Part shown: one piece after another, positions 59,597-59,597 of the stretch
How the letters are laid out: each line of letters opens with the position of its first letter
Position numbering within the stretch: position 1 is the stretch's first letter
Virus record (IMG/VR): IMGVR_UViG_3300006108_000010
Span: 62,001-121,597 of that record
DNA: 59,597 nt
Source: an uncultured virus (IMG/VR IMGVR_UViG_3300006108_000010)
Lineage: Duplodnaviria; Heunggongvirae; Uroviricota; Caudoviricetes
Reading direction: 5' to 3' (one strand)
Program-made: the position numbers and the translations under genes
The notes under the pieces: generated by a model
Seen by the model: only the letters and a program-made list of their open reading frames with translations
What the model was told of the DNA's origin: nothing
The model's database searches: none

Positions 59597-59597
59597 T

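Noticed and set aside
1..59597. Stop-codon reassignment, as in some large phages
   Set aside because: Core genes and multi-kb ORFs are intact in code 11, and the few TAG/TGA stops fall at plausible gene ends (for example TAG-TAA at 5086-5081).
51849..59597. Diversity-generating retroelement acting on fibre tips
   Set aside because: No reverse transcriptase and no template/variable repeat pair differing only at adenines was seen in this window.
1..59597. Eukaryotic giant virus, cellular contractile injection system or prophage
   Set aside because: The gp20/21/22/23 head set is diagnostic of a T4-like tailed phage; no integrase or host housekeeping genes were seen.

Overview
An AT-rich, densely coding 59.6 kb segment of a large T4-like (myovirus-type) bacteriophage genome, read in the standard genetic code. 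The centre-right holds a rearranged head/neck module (portal gp20, gp15, gp13, gp4, protease gp21, scaffold gp22, major capsid gp23, a probable small terminase on the opposite strand), a clamp-loader ATPase and the baseplate wedge genes (gp25, gp6, probable gp7). More than half of the window encodes very large modular baseplate, fibre and adhesin-like proteins with LamG, VWA, PKD, NHL, BNR and RCC1 propeller, C1q-like, Cys-rich GGxxN beta-solenoid and 27-aa Ser/Asn/Trp coiled-coil-like modules. Among the fibre genes lie a GT9-like glycosyltransferase and two unrelated sulfotransferases, which may form a virion-surface glycosylation/sulfation system (inference). Many genes lack a Shine-Dalgarno site and instead have a TAA(A/G)TA late-promoter-like box 5-11 nt upstream of the ATG, and the clamp loader has a near-consensus sigma70 promoter ending 6 nt before its ATG, pointing to widespread leaderless expression. 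No tRNA, rRNA, CRISPR array, integrase, intron or reverse transcriptase was seen. All family assignments come from motifs recognised by eye, not database searches. The host cannot be determined from this window.
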